A stretch of 64,000 nucleotides of DNA from Minisyncoccota bacterium. Lineage in GTDB: Bacteria > Patescibacteriota > Minisyncoccia > Phycocordibacterales > UBA2100. The position numbers and the translations under genes are program-made. The notes below the pieces were generated by a model. The model made no database searches, was not told the DNA's origin, and saw nothing but the letters and a program-made list of their open reading frames with translations. Below are positions 63,401-64,000 of the stretch, in pieces. Every line of letters starts with the position of its first letter. Position 1 is the stretch's first letter. The stretch covers positions 114 through 64,113 of the forward strand of contig JARLIE010000112.1 of the NCBI GenBank assembly GCA_031291875.1. Reading direction: 5' to 3'.

Positions 63401-64000
63401 ATTACGCGGGTTGGTCGTCCCGAGGCCAAAGAAGCCGCTGCCTTGCTGGAGCACGAGCTGCGAGTTGCCGATAGTGAAGCCTTGTCCCGCGGCGATGGTT
63501 GAGGTTCCGCTTGTACCGGCCAAAGCGATTGTGCCTGCCGTTGTATTGAGAGCGCCAACACCGAGACCACCGGTCGCGTACGCATTACCAGCGACAGAAA
63601 GGTTTGTCGCAGGCGAGGTCGTACCGATGCCGAGGTTACCGTTAGCGTCGAGACGCATGTACTCGCTTTGGTTTTTTCCGAACGTGATTACATCCGAGCT
63701 CTGATTACCAAACTGGATGTACCCCATGTCGGTGTTGTCGACACGACGCTGGATGCGCCATGAAGTCGTCGTCCAGTCGGTGCCGCCGGCACTCGAGCGG
63801 ATCGCGGAGGTAAAGAGGCTATCCACATTGGCGTCTGTAACCATAAGACGAGAAAGCGTCGTTGTGGAATAGGCGGTAGTCGGAAGCGCACCACCACTTA
63901 CGAGGAACTTCGAACTCGGCGATCCGCTTTCGGAAGAAAGACCTACGAGAACCGAGCCGCCGTTCGTCGCGAGTGTGACGCCGTTTGCAAACGTTGAGGT
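57458..64000 (-). CDS. Giant secreted repeat protein (>2180 aa; 5' end beyond the window): tail-fibre-like GIGTTxP repeats, YadA-head-like NxAxG repeats, intramolecular chaperone/peptidase S74 domain, Big-like/S-T-rich C-terminal tail
   Basis: The minus-strand frame stays open past 63844 to the window end. Recurrent NLGIGTTSPxxxLSV modules. Long runs of ~14-aa N[TS]AxG / NNTTGxxN repeats. SSDITLKKNINSI...LNPVYYNWK matches the S74 intramolecular-chaperone Ser-Lys motif. C-terminal SSTSSS/TSTS low complexity. Confidence 0.8.
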   Translation of the reverse strand, partial: TSTFANGVTLATNGGSVLVGLSSESGSPSSKFLVSGGALPTTAYSTTTLSRLMVTDANVDSLFTSAIRSSAGGTDWTTTSWRIQRRVDNTDMGYIQFGNQSSDVITFGKNQSEYMRLDANGNLGIGTTSPATNLSVAGNAYATGGLGVGALNTTAGTIALAGTSGTSTIAAGQGFTIGNSQLVLQQGSGFFGLGTTNPRNPFELATLDNNSSATTTSLRIGGINPGPTNVALNATSSIDQIVFSSYRDVQNDTIGAKIAAVNLAINAGGGAGNYWRAQNTDLAFYTLSGLPGTTDSTLERMRLTAAGNLGIGTSSPVTNLSVIGNGYFTGGLGLGVLNTAAGTLQTSGAATIGGNLTTTGFINTSPTTGGYQLGGSLLLNASTTNGSTEVGLNAGQNLTSAINFATAIGYNALQYATTSLYDTAVGTAALQGSSTVFHTGYNTAVGFGAIAADSSGDHNTALGAWALNLNTSGIENTALGSLALINNTTGSYNIAAGSNALLDNATGTYNVAIGTDSQSLGGSWTTSNTSLGDGSLKYNQGSNNSAFGTNAFYNNTTGSNNLGVGSQTFMLNTTGSQNVGIGLSAGYSNVSATNTVAIGFGAASGISQFSNQGGTVVGYQAGLSFGNGSDFNTLLGYQAGFGITSGSNNVIIGTATSTPGINNLTTGSQNILIGSNLALPSATANGQLNIQNILFGTGNTGVGNILSTGNIGIGTTTPGSIFAINNVANFTTATSTFYTSGGFNLANGCYAIGGNCLNAIATNWSALQTFGQGFVSQASSTVVGSFTDAGAGAFNTVNVQSNGTYQLNGTTLLTASSTNGITIAGLTAGQSLLATTTQTGNTLFGYGALQSATSSTGNTAIGFLSLLHVNDEAGSNNTTVGYESGYNDTIGNTNSFFGLQSGFNNTTGSSNSIFGAYSLFNNTTGSNNEAIGVSSMYFNTTGGNNAALGNSALSNNTTGNSNVAVGSSALFYNQSATNTVAIGAGAGAGTGNYSNQGGVYIGVNAGIDAQTGSDYNILIGNAAGSTITTGNHNIVLGSNDFSDPSITTGTNNILIGNSLTAASTTASNQLDIGNIIYGTGLNGSGSFLSTGSIGIGTTTPGSLFSIGNTNGINFSTATSTFSTTGGINITSGCYAYNGVCISGGGAPSVNAGTQGQFAFYAANGAIVSGTSTLFVSNAGTIGVGTTSPWAKLSVSGPDTLGTGYAFAAADASNNPLFTIQDNGTFTFGTSSDIIVPNNSKNAFSIATSSSNIPIFNISTTNSSVGLVGIGTTTSYAKLAVEIGNLPTAFIVSNTGSSTPSFFVGGVNQNGVVSVGTSTDAASFAIQGLSTATQLLDVASSSGGSVFHISQAGNVGFGRTDPIAPIDALNGTTSVAELYNIDSPFLNVGLYQNYLLQTETFNSSPTWTATSETITASQTDPRGGATAQQLAGTASGSKLVQFVNAAGTTGSWTFSVYLRAASGTATTSLEVDWGTGTATTTGTANVVTITSQWRRFDVIQNNPSSSDTKALVTIGNDKQTIVAWGAQLNPGGYAMPYSTAQTTGQTTGLTSTTHFGTPVLALGAFTANSTLAVNNIETLTRANIVTTSSDGLILQNNTGATAGAPVQISPRLRFSGNAWTGSISTTTNWNIEMIPVGTTLNTNLNFNAYNSTTGAYGTALTLYSIGSSTNAYVGIGTSTPSVSLEIASSTGPQLALADGSAADNAWTFRSVGNNLYVATSTFSATSSVSAFSINSNGVGSFNNSLSIGTSSAPYLLTVGSSNVSGVVAGFENANGECTINPTAGSVNCSSDITLKKNINSISTSSALTDILELNPVYYNWKSETTGTPQHSGFIAQQVQQVLPDLVTSSDNGTLLLNYAGFTPYLTKSIQDINSVFNATYASTTMPSIISIYEGTSTPAVVIDQFGDLGIGTSTAATTTNAKLCLNGSCITAFPYSFSATSSTSTTPVLDQGFLSAVKSALASWFADAGNTIQDFYAKVVHANEVDTQKLCISDSTGAQTCVTKAQLDQLLSGAGSGSSTGSTTSSSTSSSTSSSVSTSPVLQVNGNNPASVNVGATYNDLGATITGPTGDLNLGITASVDGATSTPMSQITIDTSVAGQHTIVYSATDQNGLTGTATRIVNVVDPNAATSTSSTSTSTSATSTSSSSTSTPSSTSTSTPVTTASTSTSSSTSTSATSTTP

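Noticed and set aside
57458-63844. Treating the giant gene as complete, with its start at ATG 63844
   Set aside because: The minus-strand frame remains open upstream of 63844 through to position 64000 with the same repeat character, so the gene is 5'-truncated by the window edge.
1-64000. Alternative genetic code (UGA recoding, as in some CPR lineages)
   Set aside because: Many confidently identified genes (valS, small ORFs, the 31416 gene) terminate at TGA exactly where homologs end, and no conserved gene needs read-through, so the standard code 11 fits.

Overview
This 64 kb window looks like a gene-dense bacterial chromosome segment, about 57% GC, using the standard genetic code with TGA as a stop codon. 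Gene content and protein sizes suggest a small-genome lineage, possibly Patescibacteria/CPR: a hinge-less 735-aa SMC, short PheS/PheT, a split transketolase, sortase, type IV pilin and a giant surface protein. That assignment is inference only. Identifiable housekeeping genes include a ValRS 3' end, rpoD-dnaG, rpoB-rpoC, rpsP-KH-trmD, smc, rnc, a nusB-Nudix fusion, rpmF, rnhB, dnaE, thrS, gyrB, pheS-pheT, tRNA-Thr(UGU), tsf-rpsB, prfA, rpmE, ctc, and the sugar-phosphate genes fba, pfkB, gap, rpiB, rpe and split tkt. Two accessory stretches stand out. The first, about 28.4-36.4 kb, is an island of secreted and membrane proteins. It contains a 498-aa tandem-repeat surface protein, two paralogous proteins sharing a novel Cys-containing C-terminal domain, several small membrane proteins with His clusters, and a sortase co-transcribed with a secreted protein made of 26 perfect hexapeptide (I-A-x-x-V-x) repeats. 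The second is a >2180-aa tail-fibre/adhesin-like giant protein at 57.4-64 kb that runs off the window and carries an intramolecular chaperone (S74) domain. Other oddities are a type IV pilin gene between the two transketolase halves, a 28-bp inverted repeat flanking 103 bp (MITE-like), a 24-bp-stem hairpin where rimM normally sits, direct repeats beside tRNA-Thr, and several TATAnT boxes 6-11 nt before start codons that suggest leaderless mRNAs. No CRISPR array, rRNA, or recognisable transposase or integrase was seen. Coordinates of non-ORF features were read by eye and may be off by 1-2 nt.
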